Assembly (NCBI RefSeq): GCF_001194135.2
Contig: NC_068984.1
Span: forward strand, 20,007,635-20,071,634
Direction: 5' to 3'
From: Octopus bimaculoides
Lineage: Eukaryota
DNA: 64,000 nt
Shown here piece by piece: positions 38,175 through 50,406 of the stretch. The notes under the pieces were generated by a model. It had not been told where the DNA came from, searched no databases, and worked only from the letters and a program-made list of their open reading frames with translations. The translations under genes were made by a program, and so were the position numbers. Within the stretch, counting starts at the first letter, position 1. Each line of letters starts with the position of its first letter.

Positions 38175-38583
38175 AGATCGACCCCAGTGCGCAACTGGTA
38201 CCTAATTTATCGACCCCGAAAGAATGAAAAGCAAAGTTGACCTCGGCGGAATTTGAACTCAGAATGTAAAGACAGACGAAATACCGCGAAACATTTCACC
38301 GAGCGTGCTAATGTTTCTGCCAGCTCGCCGCCTTAAGAATAAAAGTTTTTTCTAATCTAGGCACAAGGCCCGAAAATTTGGGGAGGCGGCCAGTCGATTA
38401 GATCGACCCCAGTACGAAACTGGTACTTAATTTATCGACCCCGAAAGGATGAAAAGCAAAGTCGACCTCGGCGGGATTTGAACTCAGAACGTTAAGACGG
38501 ACGAAATACCGCTAAGCATTTCGCCCGGCGTGCTAACGTTTTTTTTCTTTATTGCTCACAAGGGGCTAAACATAGATGGGACA
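38175..38583 (-). mobile_element. Tandem SINE C cluster (C copy 38175-38335, plus a C2-C1 dimer 38350-38583 running into the gap)
   Basis: It has the same C2-tail/C1-head junction as 1875-1885. Confidence 0.9.
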
Positions 38584-39272
38584 NNNNNNNNNNNNNNNNN
38601 NNNNNNNNNNNNNNNNNNNNNNNNNNNNNNNNNNNNNNNNNNNNNNNNNNNNNNNNNNNNNNNNNNNNNNNNNNNNNNNNNNNNNNNNNNNNNNNNNNNN
38701 NNNNNNNNNNNNNNNNNNNNNNNNNNNNNNNNNNNNNNNNNNNNNNNNNNNNNNNNNNNNNNNNNNNNNNNNNNNNNNNNNNNNNNNNNNNNNNNNNNNN
38801 NNNNNNNNNNNNNNNNNNNNNNNNNNNNNNNNNNNNNNNNNNNNNNNNNNNNNNNNNNNNNNNNNNNNNNNNNNNNNNNNNNNNNNNNNNNNNNNNNNNN
38901 NNNNNNNNNNNNNNNNNNNNNNNNNNNNNNNNNNNNNNNNNNNNNNNNNNNNNNNNNNNNNNNNNNNNNNNNNNNNNNNNNNNNNNNNNNNNNNNNNNNN
39001 NNNNNNNNNNNNNNNNNNNNNNNNNNNNNNNNNNNNNNNNNNNNNNNNNNNNNNNNNNNNNNNNNNNNNNNNNNNNNNNNNNNNNNNNNNNNNNNNNNNN
39101 NNNNNNNNNNNNNNNNNNNNNNNNNNNNNNNNNNNNNNNNNNNNNNNNNNNNNNNNNNNNNNNNNNNNNNNNNNNNNNNNNNNNNNNNNNNNNNNNNNNN
39201 NNNNNNNNNNNNNNNNNNNNNNNNNNNNNNNNNNNNNNNNNNNNNNNNNNNNNNNNNNNNNNNNNNNNNNNN

Positions 39273-39360
39273 TTGATGTAATCGACTTAATCCCTTTGTT
39301 TGTCCTTGTTTGTCCTCTTGTGTGCAATAATAATAAAAGAAACGTTAGCACGCCGAGCGC
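39273..39360 (+). mobile_element. SINE C2 3' end joined to a head-truncated C unit
   Basis: TTGTCCTCTTGTGTGCAATAATAATAAAAGAAACGTTAGCACGCCG. Confidence 0.8.
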
Positions 39361-39438
39361 TTTCTCTTGGGGTGGGTCTATGGTCTGGCATGTAACTACA
39401 GAAACATTTCTAAAAGACCTTTGCATTTTCAAACCTTT

Positions 39439-39536
<98 letters not shown>

Positions 39537-40734
39537 TGTATGCATGTATAATTTACATAATATTATATATAGTCTCATGCATCCCATTTATGTGATCGAA
39601 CGCTTTCTTGCTGAGAGATCTTTAGGTTTTCAAACAAAGAAACTGTGAGTTAGAATTAGTGTTCCTTACTGTTGTAACCATAGTACTATATTTTAGTAAA
39701 ATAGCGGTGTGGATTTTAGCACCAAAATATGTAGACGCACAAACAGGCTCTCTCCTCGGAATATTCTTGTCGAAAGATTTGCCATATCAGGGAAATCAAT
39801 TGTACTTTCAGTTACAAATGGGAGACTGTTGGCCAGGTTTTGTAAGCCTTTCAGTGACTGCAGATAAAGTACCAAATACTTTTACCTAATTCCGTGAATC
39901 CAACAAATACAAGTTAGAATAGAGTCAAACAGCTTTTTATAATCAAGCCATTATATGGTTTCTGAAAGCTGTTTGTCACAAGACTTCTACGCCTTTTTTT
40001 CTTTTTTTCTTTTTTACCTTTTTATTTTACTTTCAGACTGCACAATTTTATCAATTAAATTTGATTGGCATGTCTCCATACTCCTTTTTAACAACTGCTT
40101 ACAAAAACAAATGCATACAACTTGCATTTCAAATTATTTTTTTTAATGTGCATTGTTAATTAAGCAGACATAGATAAAAGCAATTGTTCATCTGAATAAC
40201 TTTGCAATTGCTAAAGGCAGACAACACCAGATGGATTGGCTAAAGAGGGTATTATTCGAGACAACAACGGTGTCAGTGGCAATCTGTTGCAATTTAATCA
40301 CTTGATACTGTCTGAATCTTTGTATATGTGCTGCAGAGGATGGTCTCGAAACTATAGAGTTGGTGCTCTGTATTTGATATTCACCGTAAACAGACCACAC
40401 CTTATGACATTCCTTTCTACTGACTGATATCTATATTTGCATTCTAATATATATNNNNNNNNNNNNNNNNNNNNNNNNNNNNNNNNNNNNNNNNNNNNNN
40501 NNNNNNNNNNNNNNNNNNNNNNNNNNNNNNNNNNNNNNNNNNNNNNNNNNNNNNNNNNNNNNNNNNNNNNNNNNNNNNNNNNNNNNNNNNNNNNNNNNNN
40601 NNNNNNNNNNNNNNNNNNNNNNNNNNNNNNNNNNNNNNNNNNNNNNNNNNNNNNNNNNNNNNNNNNNNNNNNNNNNNNNNNNNNNNNNNNNNNNNNNNNN
40701 NNNNNNNNNNNNNNNNNNNNNNNNNATATATATA

Positions 40735-40915
40735 TATATATATATATATATAGGGAGAATTCACAAAAAAGACAAACAAAAGACGAAGACAGGTGGTGTA
40801 GAAAACAAACAGATGTATTAGTATAACGCTCGGGAATTGAAAAAGTCTTTAACGTTTCGAGCCTACGCTCTTCCACAGAAAGGAACACAGAAAGAAACAG
40901 GGAGAGAAACAAGCA
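40735..40915 (-). mobile_element. Penelope-like repeat family G with a hammerhead motif at 40847-40882
   Basis: The reverse complement reads CTTT-CTGTGGA-A-GAGC-GTAG-GCTC-GAAA-CGT-T-AAAG. Confidence 0.78.
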
Positions 40916-40961
40916 GAGAAAAAGAATGTGTGTTGTGGTTAGCGAAGCGATCTATATATCC

Positions 40962-41338
40962 GTGGCACTCAGTCGGTTACGACGACGAGGGTTCCAGTTG
41001 ATCCGACCAACGGAACAGCCTGCTCGTGAAATTAACGTGCAAGTGGCTGACACGTGTACCTTTAACGTGGTTCTCGGGGAGATTCAGCGTGGCAAGACAG
41101 AGTGTGACAAGGCTGGCCCTTTGAAATACAGGGTACAACAGAAACAGGAAGAAAGAGTGAGAGAAAGTTGTGGTGAAAGAGCACAGCAGGGTTCACTCCC
41201 TCTACCCGCCTACCGGAGCCTCGTGGAAATTTATGTGTTTTCGCTCAATAAACTCTCACAACGCTCGGTCTAGGAATCGAAACTGCGATCCTACGACCGC
41301 GAGTCCGTTACCCTTACCACTGAGCCATTGCGCCTCTA
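40962..41338 (-). mobile_element. SINE family A, near full length
   Basis: Matches 781-1167. Confidence 0.92.
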
Positions 41339-41377
41339 CACACACACACGCACACACACACACACACACATATATAT

Positions 41378-41720
41378 AAACAGTTTGGTTCAGAATCCTT
41401 GGTACTCTGAGTTTCAAGCACGTGGCTAGTCTTCGGCCATTGGAGTCTGAATGACAGTTCGATTGAAGAGAGTCAATGCTTATTACTAGAGTTTAACCTA
41501 CGACTGATCGAGAAAGGTTACGTGGTATTGACTACTGTCACTAGCTGTTGTCACTGAATTACCGACATGAATACCACGTGACCTTTGTCGGCCAATCACA
41601 GGTTAACGTCCAGTAATAAACATTGATTCACTTCAATCGAACTCTCATTCTGACTCCAATGGCCGAAGACTAGCCACGTGCTTGAAACTCAGAGTACCAA
41701 GGATTTGAATCAAGCTGTTT
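41378..41720. mobile_element. Fold-back MITE, an almost entirely palindromic ~340-bp element
   Basis: ATCCTTGGTACTCTGAGTTTCAAGCACGTGGCTAGTCTTCGGCCATTGGAGTC is exactly mirrored by GACTCCAATGGCCGAAGACTAGCCACGTGCTTGAAACTCAGAGTACCAAGGAT. Imperfect pairing continues to a loop at ~41535-41565. Confidence 0.88.
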
Positions 41721-41785
41721 TGATCTATACATGTTACTCCCAATAAATGTGTTGAGTGCCCTTTTTTCGTTTGTCTACTCACTCG

Positions 41786-41823
<38 letters not shown>

Positions 41824-42550
41824 NNNNNNNNNNNNNNNNNNNNNNNNNNNNNNNNNNNNNNNNNNNNNNNNNNNNNNNNNNNNNNNNNNNNNNNNNNNNN
41901 NNNNNNNNNNNNNNNNNNNNNNNNNNNNNNNNNNNNNNNNNNNNNNNNNNNNNNNNNNNNNNNNNNNNNNNNNNNNNNNNNNNNNNNNNNNNNNNNNNNN
42001 NNNNNNNNNNNNNNNNNNNNNNNNNNNNNNNNNNNNNNNNNNNNNNNNNNNNNNNNNNNNNNNNNNNNNNNNNNNNNNNNNNNNNNNNNNNNNNNNNNNN
42101 NNNNNNNNNNNNNNNNNNNNNNNNNNNNNNNNNNNNNNNNNNNNNNNNNNNNNNNNNNNNNNNNNNNNNNNNNNNNNNNNNNNNNNNNNNNNNNNNNNNN
42201 NNNNNNNNNNNNNNNNNNNNNNNNNNNNNNNNNNNNNNNNNNNNNNNNNNNNNNNNNNNNNNNNNNNNNNNNNNNNNNNNNNNNNNNNNNNNNNNNNNNN
42301 NNNNNNNNNNNNNNNNNNNNNNNNNNNNNNNNNNNNNNNNNNNNNNNNNNNNNNNNNNNNNNNNNNNNNNNNNNNNNNNNNNNNNNNNNNNNNNNNNNNN
42401 NNNNNNNNNNNNNNNNNNNNNNNNNNNNNNNNNNNNNNNNNNNNNNNNNNNNNNNNNNNNNNNNNNNNNNNNNNNNNNNNNNNNNNNNNNNNNNNNNNNN
42501 NNNNNNNNNNNNNNNNNNNNNNNNNNNNNNNNNNNNNNNNNNNNNNNNNN

Positions 42551-42585
<35 letters not shown>

Positions 42586-43134
42586 AGAGAGAGAGTGGGA
42601 GAGAGAGGGGGTGAGAGAGAGGGGGAGAGAGAGACGCATAGAGATAGATAGACATACATGTTCGCGCCCCATATTATACAAAATCGGCCAAACGAAATAA
42701 AAATCGTCTTTGCGGAATAAAGAAATCATCCAGTAGAATGGAAAGTTGCATTAATGCTTTGTGCCCAGTCATAAAAAATGACTAAACAAACTAGAAGTTT
42801 CATGCAAAAGGCTTGTTGTTCATCTTGTAGTAATATCGGTTTGATAGGCTTACTGTGGGAACTGCGATCAATGTCTTTGTTTTTTGTTTATTTTAACTAT
42901 TTGGCGGTAAGATGAACAGAAAGTTATTGAAAAGTGTTGTAAAAATGTTATATGGTTATATTGCTACTATTTGCAAGTAAGGCTTCGTAGTGCATAATAA
43001 CAAGTGTATCAATAAAAAGGCAGCACCAGCGCCTTGTGTCAGTCCGAGTAAGAATCGGAGAGAAAACTGTGAAGACGATCAAAGTTTGTTTGTTTTTTGG
43101 TGGGAGGGGGGATTATTTTGTTTTATACTCTTTA

Positions 43135-43372
43135 CTCTCTTTTACTCTTTTACTTGTTTCAGTCATTTGACTGCGGCCATGCTGGAGCACCGCCTTTAGT
43201 CGAGCAAATTGACCCCAGGACTTTTTCTTTGTAAGCCTAGTACTTATTCTATTGGTCTCTTTATTCTATCGGTTGTCAAGCGATGTTGGGGGGACAAACA
43301 CAGACACACAAACACATACACATATATATATATATACATATATAGATGGGCTTCTTTCAGTTTCCGTCTACC
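43135..43372 (-). mobile_element. SINE family B, 3' two-thirds
   Basis: The reverse complement matches 44340-44645. Confidence 0.9.
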
Positions 43373-44175
43373 GAGATGGAATAAGTCTTTCAGTAATTTT
43401 CCCTCACCATTCTTTGCGACTACGCAATCGCCAATTTAAGAACCAGACGAAGAAATATTTTCATGATACGCTGTAATAAGATATTTTTCCAGTTAATATG
43501 CATTGCGTAACATTTTTTCATAAACATATTTTAGCCTAGGCCTACTTTCATAGCGAAGCAGAAAATGTTTATTAAACATAAACTTGCAAAGTAATGACTA
43601 TAATTTAGTACCATAACAATTACTTTTATTTAGCTCGGTGATGGCGAAACTTTTAAGCCTGGCGTGTCGAAATTTTAATTTCTGTAATAATTCTAGTTAA
43701 TTAGAATGTCACATGTTTGCGTATTTTAGGTCTACGTAAATACTTAGGCCTTTTGTAACATGATATTGCAGGGGGATTCATTTGTCTAAGACTATCACAT
43801 CTCATCTATAAACTCACAATATGTCACTTAAAAACCCTTTTGAGTGTTGCTGCTGAAATACAGGTCATAGGTTCGCCCCAACTACTGTGCAAACAAATCC
43901 CTTACCTAAGGTACCTGGCCGTGATATAAACATAACTACTTCTAAAGAATGTACATCTGTCTTCGTTTATGATTAGTGTTTGGTTCCAAAAAGACACCAT
44001 GTTAAATGAATTCGTGATAAATGAGTAATAGAGCATATGGGAAACAGGATTTCCTTCCGAGGCTCCAAGTTGTCCCCCTAGCTTAGCAAACAGTTTTTAA
44101 ACACACATGGTATTGTTTCATGTTTGGAAAAATAAATAGAATAAAAGTAATAAAGTAACAAAATATGATGAGAAA

Positions 44176-44355
44176 AATAATAAATAGGCACAGGAATGGC
44201 TGTGTGGTAAGTAGCTTGCTAACCAACCACATGGTTCCAGATTCATTCCCACTGCGTGGCACCTTGGGCAACTGTCTTCTACTATAGCCTCGGGCCGACC
44301 AAAGCCTTGTGAGTGGATTTGGTAGACGGAAACTGAAAGAAGCCCGTCGTGTATA

Positions 44356-44420
<65 letters not shown>

Positions 44421-44645
44421 GTGTGTGTGTGTGTTTGTGTGTCTGTGTTTGTCTCCCCAGCATCGCTTGACAACCGATGCTGGTGTGTCTACGTCCCTGT
44501 AACCTAGCGGTTCGGCAAAAGAGACCGATAGAATAAGTACTAGGCTTCCAAAGAATAAGTCCTGGGGTCGATTTGCTCGACTAAAGGCGGTGCTCCAGCA
44601 TGGCCGCAGTCAAATGACTGAAACAAGTAAAAGAGTAAAAGAGTA
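44176..44645 (+). mobile_element. SINE family B, full-length reference copy (tRNA head, CORE-like segment, internal microsatellite, LINE-like tail)
   Basis: TAGGCACAGGAATGGCTGTGTGGTAAG...GCACCTTGGGCAACTG...(TG)(TA)n...GGCGGTGCTCCAGCATGGCCGCAGTCAAATGACTGAAACAAG(TAAAAGAG)2. Confidence 0.95.
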
Positions 44646-46175
44646 AATACATTAGTCTGCATCATCTGTTAGGAACAGACGCTTTTAGGGGATTTTTTTC
44701 TGTTCTCTGGTGACATGTTGATGGGTAGATGCACGTAAATCCGTATAAAATATACGCGTTCTCAGAGCACAGAGATGTAAACACGAACGATAATTAGTTC
44801 ATTCTGGGTAGCTGAACATCGTGAACTGCCGCTGGATGGCGCTTTTGCTGACCATGTAGGATCTTTGATTGTTCGCCCATATACCACAGATTAATGCGTG
44901 ATAAACGTAACATGGTTCACAATTGAGCTTACCGTGTCATCTCAGATCAGTGAAGAATAAATCAGTGATAAACGATGACAGACGTTTAGTGGGATGTGTG
45001 TGGCTATGGCTCAGGTAATGTTATAATCTTCTGGTTCGAAACGAGTCATGATTAAGAGCACCAAGAAATACGAAGACAGGTTATAATTGACGGCCACATC
45101 TATTTCAACACTAATAGAAGACACAAGAAACTGGTACAACATGAATAATAATGTTTGAAAATATACAATAGTTCCTCGTGCAGTTGGTACAAGATGAAGT
45201 TCGCGGGCGAGAAAGGAACAAGGCATCGTGTCAAAGCCTTCTGCTGACAAATTTCACCTCCTGAGTTAGCTTAATGGAAATTATTTATTTATAACCGTCG
45301 TGAGGTTCCAGCATACCAATGTCAATTTGGCGCGCTTTGCTGGTCTGGCAAATGGTCTGATTGGATAACTTAAAGCATCCAGTCGGCACAAACAGGTTTG
45401 TCAATGCGTGACCAGGTCATGTGACCACTTGCTGAAACAGGCGTACAAGTTGATATGAGCCTATTTAAGCCTTAACAGCCAAATGGTAAACAAGTTTCTG
45501 CTGTAGATGTACTAAAAAGCAATATTTACCAGTTACAGAGCGGACCGTAATATCCTAAAATAATTTGGAAGCAGAAGATGTGTATGTTCCAAATTACAAC
45601 ATATTTGTTAATACTGAGTACGTCAGCCACAGTTTACCCATAATTCTCTAAGCAAGAGATCGCGTCTACGTGCTTACATATGCGTATTTGTGTCGATGTG
45701 CATAGCCTAAATTAGCTATCATTTAGCTGCGAGATTAATTATCTCAGAGTAAGTTAGCTATACAATAAGAATAAACCATACCAGAAACAAAACTATATAC
45801 GGTGTTTTGGGGAATATTACTTTTGGGGGTGAAAGTAGAAGAGAGGTTATTTTTCAATATCAAGCCAACAAAAGATAAAACTTGTTTTCATGTGTGTTTC
45901 ATTATGAGTAATCTTTCTGAATAACAATGGACACTATACAATACTACCGAGCCCAGTACAATATACAGCTGGCTTAATTACTTTGCAGTTGCCGTTATTA
46001 TATAAATTGTGCTACTTCAAAATAATAACAAAACGAGGCATTTCATAAAGGAAATAGGAGGGAGAACTATAATGCATAATAAGAGGCGTACAAATATTTT
46101 CTAACGTTTAGTTATAATAATTTCTCACTAATAATAGACTCAATGGTTTTAAACGAAATTGTTGCTTAAATATGG

Positions 46176-46580
46176 ATAGGCGCAGGTGCGGATGTATGAT
46201 AAGACGCTTGCTTCCCAATCACATGGTTCCAGGTTCAGTCCCACTGCATGGCATCTTTGGCAAGTGTCTTCTACTATAGCCTTGGGCCGACCAAAGCCTT
46301 GTGAGTGGATTTGGTAAACGGAATCTTGTCGTATATGTGTGCGTGTGCGCACGCGTGTGTGTTTGTGTCTGTGTTTGTCCTCCGCCACTGCTTGACAACC
46401 GGTGTTGATGTGTCTACAACCTTGTAACCTAGCGGTTCGGCAAAAGAGACCGATAGAATAAGTACTAGTTTTTTTAAAAAACAAGTACTGGAGTCGACTC
46501 AATCGACTGAAATTTCTTCAAGGCGGTGCCCCAGCATGGCCGTAGTCTAATGACTGAAACAAGTAAAAGATAAAAGATAA
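46176..46580 (+). mobile_element. SINE family B, full length
   Basis: Same architecture as 44176-44645. Confidence 0.92.
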
Positions 46581-46992
46581 ACATGATTTCAGAAAATTTA
46601 GAGATGTCGGCGGTGTTTCCAGATATTTCTGAGTGCATTGCTTTTTATATTAATCATCTTCTAAAATTTATCCGAATAATATACAGAAGTCAGCAGAGAG
46701 CTGCAAACTCCTGTGTTATTGTTGTCATTGTTTTTGTTGCTGTTATCAAAATTCTGATAGTTTCAAAAAGTGATGAAATGGCAATATCAGTAAAGCAAAG
46801 ATCAAAATGCCATGCAGGATTTAGTTATGTCATTTAACGGATTTATATATATATATATATATAAGCAATGTTAATTCTCTAAATGAAGTATTAACAGTAA
46901 CTGCACGATAAAGTGAAGTATATTGCCACTTAAATGTGGCTGACCCCTAGGGGTGGATGTTACTGTTGCTTTTAGCCCCAGGAGGACATATC

Positions 46993-47059
46993 CTCCAGCT
47001 GGCTTATCGACACACTACTGTGTCCTGTTTCCAGTAGTGTGTCGATAAGCCAGCTGGAG
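46993..47059. repeat. Perfect 28-bp inverted repeat with an 11-nt loop, abutting an assembly gap
   Basis: CTCCAGCTGGCTTATCGACACACTACTG-tgtcctgtttc-CAGTAGTGTGTCGATAAGCCAGCTGGAG. Confidence 0.9.
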
Positions 47060-47879
47060 NNNNNNNNNNNNNNNNNNNNNNNNNNNNNNNNNNNNNNNNN
47101 NNNNNNNNNNNNNNNNNNNNNNNNNNNNNNNNNNNNNNNNNNNNNNNNNNNNNNNNNNNNNNNNNNNNNNNNNNNNNNNNNNNNNNNNNNNNNNNNNNNN
47201 NNNNNNNNNNNNNNNNNNNNNNNNNNNNNNNNNNNNNNNNNNNNNNNNNNNNNNNNNNNNNNNNNNNNNNNNNNNNNNNNNNNNNNNNNNNNNNNNNNNN
47301 NNNNNNNNNNNNNNNNNNNNNNNNNNNNNNNNNNNNNNNNNNNNNNNNNNNNNNNNNNNNNNNNNNNNNNNNNNNNNNNNNNNNNNNNNNNNNNNNNNNN
47401 NNNNNNNNNNNNNNNNNNNNNNNNNNNNNNNNNNNNNNNNNNNNNNATAACAAGAAAGAATAGAATTTTCCTTTTTGATAACAAATACCGAAACAAGTGG
47501 TCTGATGAATGATTGGAGATGAAAGGTATGAGAAGGGGGACTTTCCCTTGCCAGCCTAAACCTCATGAACCTCTGCGGATATTTAGAGTGAAGAGAAAAG
47601 TGTTACTAAAATAATGTGTAAAGAGGAGTAGGTATTGAGTATAATTTCTTAAGAATGGACAGATCCATCATTTTGGTATATGGAATTATTTGTCTGCTCC
47701 TATTTCAGTTTACATGTACATGTGTGTGTGTGTGTGTGTGTATGTGTGCGTGCGTGTGTGCGCGCGTGTGTGTGTGCGCGCGATACTTGTTTTTTTTCGC
47801 TATGTTAGCATAAATAGGGATTGCGAAGGAGGCAGTTGGCGTTTTGATGGACGCAATTCTTTTGGGTCTGCTGTATAAG

Positions 47880-48180
47880 CCGTCGTCATCATCATCATAT
47901 TTATTATTACTTGGTTTGGCTCAGGTTTGGTTTTATTCCTGGTAGGATTTACGTGGGTAGCGGGTATCCACAACCTTTCAGTAGACTTTCGAGTGCTGAG
48001 ACTCCTCCTGATAATCTTTGCTGTCCCTAAAAGACAAACTTTCTGTAGGAGCTCTTCAGGGCATTCTATTCCAATCTCTTTTAGCCATTTGTCTGTACCT
48101 TTGCTTACTATTCCCGACGCACCAATTATTATAGGCACGACCTTTACAGTACTCGTTCTCCAAATTCTTCTTATTTCAAA
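47880..48180 (-). mobile_element. RLE-type (R4/Dong-like) non-LTR retrotransposon 3' end
   Basis: FEIRRIW..VKVVPIIIGASGIVSKGTDKWLKEIGIECPEELLQKVCLLGTAKIIRRSL, followed by a (TAA)/(TGA) tail. Confidence 0.85.
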
Positions 48181-48384
48181 TGTTAAGGAATTGTATTTTA
48201 TTTTTCGTCCTCTTTCTTTTCGATCTTGGAATCAAACGGGCATAATGAGTCGATTAGTAAGCAACTTCGCTTTTCCATAGCTAAAATTGTTATGTCCGGT
48301 CTATTACTTTCTAACTTCTTGCCCGTTAGAATCGGACAATCTCACAAAATCTTACATTTTTCCGACTCCAGTATAAAATAATCG

Positions 48385-48842
48385 TCGAAAACAAAAATGC
48401 AAAGATCCTGTGGGATTTTATGATTCGGTGCGACCATGAGATAGAGAAGAGAAAGTCAGACATAGTTTTAATTGAGAAAGAAAACAAACTATGCTGGATC
48501 ATAGGTATAGCATGCCCAGCTGACAACAAGGTATGCGATAAGGAAGAAAGAAAAGTTGAGAGATATGGCAGGTTAGCTTGGGAAGTTAAGCAGTTGTGGT
48601 CGATGGAAAAGGTAGCCGTAGTACCAATAACTGCCGGAGCCCAGTGAACAGTGAGCAAAGATCTCGAGAAGTACGTGGGACAAATAGGGGCTGCAATAAG
48701 GGTGGAGCAATTGCAGAAAACAGCACTGCTTGGAACCGCTCGAATACTCCGGAACGTGCGTGATAAAAAAGAGGTGTTACCTTAGTTTACTGGTAGTGAA
48801 CAGCTGACACTGTAGTACATCTCCAGCGTTAGAAGCTGTGCA
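48385..48842 (+). mobile_element. RLE-type (R4/Dong-like) non-LTR retrotransposon 3' end with a restriction-like endonuclease remnant
   Basis: ENKNAKILWDFMIRCDHEIEKRKSDIVLIEK..IIGIACPAD..KEERKVERY..EVKQLW..VVPITAGAQ*..LQKTALLGTARILRNV, followed by a long (AAT)n. Confidence 0.9.
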
Positions 48843-48860
48843 ATAATAATAATAATAATG

Positions 48861-48922
<62 letters not shown>

Positions 48923-49003
48923 TAATAATAATAATAATTAATTAATAATAATAATAATAATGATAATAATAATAATAACAACAACAACAACAACAACAAC
49001 AAC
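48843..49003. repeat. (AAT)n(AAC)n microsatellite at the 3' end of the RLE LINE
   Basis: Seen directly in the sequence. Confidence 0.97.
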
Positions 49004-49489
49004 ATTAGCTGCTCATTCTTCAGTTCGTATTAACGGAAGTGTACTTCTGGAACAATCAAACTGTAAGATTTGGTAATGCACTAAACAGCAGTGTCCCCGT
49101 TGACTTAGTCTCGTTTTCAACTTTGACCTAATAATTAAAACTGAACGTTGCTGTTATTTGTTTAACATTGTTTCCTTATTTCAGTCTACTCATGGTCAAT
49201 TCTGTACCGAGACTGACTCACACAGCAAAGTTGGTCTTTAAATTTGTGTAAATTGATGTGAAAGTCTTTTCATGCTGGGAGATGTGGAAAAGATCATAAT
49301 GGAAACAAAAGAAAGAGAGAGAGAGAGGGGGGGAGAGTATACATATGTGTGTGTATGTGTCAGAGAGGGTGGAGGTGCTGGAAGTGTATATGCGGATAAA
49401 CAAAGAAAAATGAGTATGAAAAAGAGAATGAAATTTGATAGAAATGAAAAAACATTTTGTCGTATCGTACATTACCGTTTACTTTAGAC

Positions 49490-49792
49490 CAGTGGTCCTC
49501 AACTGGGATCCATTTGGCCCCTGAGAGTCCATATACTATTATAAAGGCCCTTGAAAAAAGTTTGCTTTAGATGTATGTATTGGTGTGTATTGCAAGAAAC
49601 AGGCAGGTTTCTTTCTCTAATGTTTTGCATAGTTCAACCTACACAAGTTAATGTGTGAAAAGCAAAATAGGAATTTTAAAAGAAGTTACTATAAAACTAG
49701 TTTTTAAACATCGAATGACTATGGAAGTCTACCAGAATAAAATAGTAATTAAAGGGGTCTATAGTTTTTTTTTAAATCATTGAGAACCTCTG
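49490..49792 (-). mobile_element. hAT (Charlie-like) MITE, copy 2
   Basis: TIRs are CAGTGGTCCTCAA and TTGAGAACCTCTG. The left flank is CTTTAGAC and the right flank is CTTTA followed by NNN, consistent with an 8-bp TSD. It is homologous to 7717-7980. Confidence 0.88.
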
Positions 49793-50078
49793 CTTTANNN
49801 NNNNNNNNNNNNNNNNNNNNNNNNNNNNNNNNNNNNNNNNNNNNNNNNNNNNNNNNNNNNNNNNNNNNNNNNNNNNNNNNNNNNNNNNNNNNNNNNNNNN
49901 NNNNNNNNNNNNNNNNNNNNNNNNNNNNNNNNNNNNNNNNNNNNNNNNNNNNNNNNNNNNNNNNNNNNNNNNNNNNNNNNNNNNNNNNNNNNNNNNNNNN
50001 NNNNNNNNNNNNNNNNNNNNNNNNNNNNNNNNNNNNNNNNNNTCTCTCTCCCTCTCTCTCTCTCCCTCTTACCGTCTG

Positions 50079-50127
<49 letters not shown>

Positions 50128-50129
50128 TC

Positions 50130-50335
50130 ATTCGCCATGTTGAACCGCTGAAATCTACAAGGTTCTTTCATTCTCTCTCTCTCTGTTTATTTTATCTTAT
50201 TCCTTTCTGTTGAAGAGCTTAGGCTCGAAACGTAAAAGACTTTTTCATTTTTCCAGTGAATCAAACTAATATACTTGCTTGTTGTTCATACAGCTGTATT
50301 CGTCTTTTGTTGTTCTAGAAATTTCAACTATCTAT
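50130..50335 (+). mobile_element. Penelope-like repeat family G with a hammerhead motif at 50203-50238
   Basis: CTTT-CTGTTGA-A-GAGC-TTAG-GCTC-GAAA-CGT-A-AAAG. Confidence 0.75.
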
Positions 50336-50354
50336 CTATCTATCTATCTATCTA

Positions 50355-50406
<52 letters not shown>

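Noticed and set aside
37952-38194. 80-aa minus-strand ORF with a DCSETD duplication
   Set aside because: It starts inside a SINE, has no recognisable domain, and the duplication is a simple 18-bp tandem copy.
43635-43670. Single hAT-like terminal motif (GGTGATGGCGAAACTTTT..GCGTGTC); similar lone ends at 9160 and 13612
   Set aside because: No partner TIR or TSD was found.
45011-45250. 79-aa hydrophobic ORF, and a FLYWCH-like VIIDGHIYF peptide on the other strand
   Set aside because: AT-rich bias explains the hydrophobicity, and the expected W/C/H residues are absent.
45330-45480. Promoter-like cluster (GATTGG, GTCATGTGACC, TATTTAA)
   Set aside because: These are short motifs expected by chance, and no downstream gene or TSS evidence was found.
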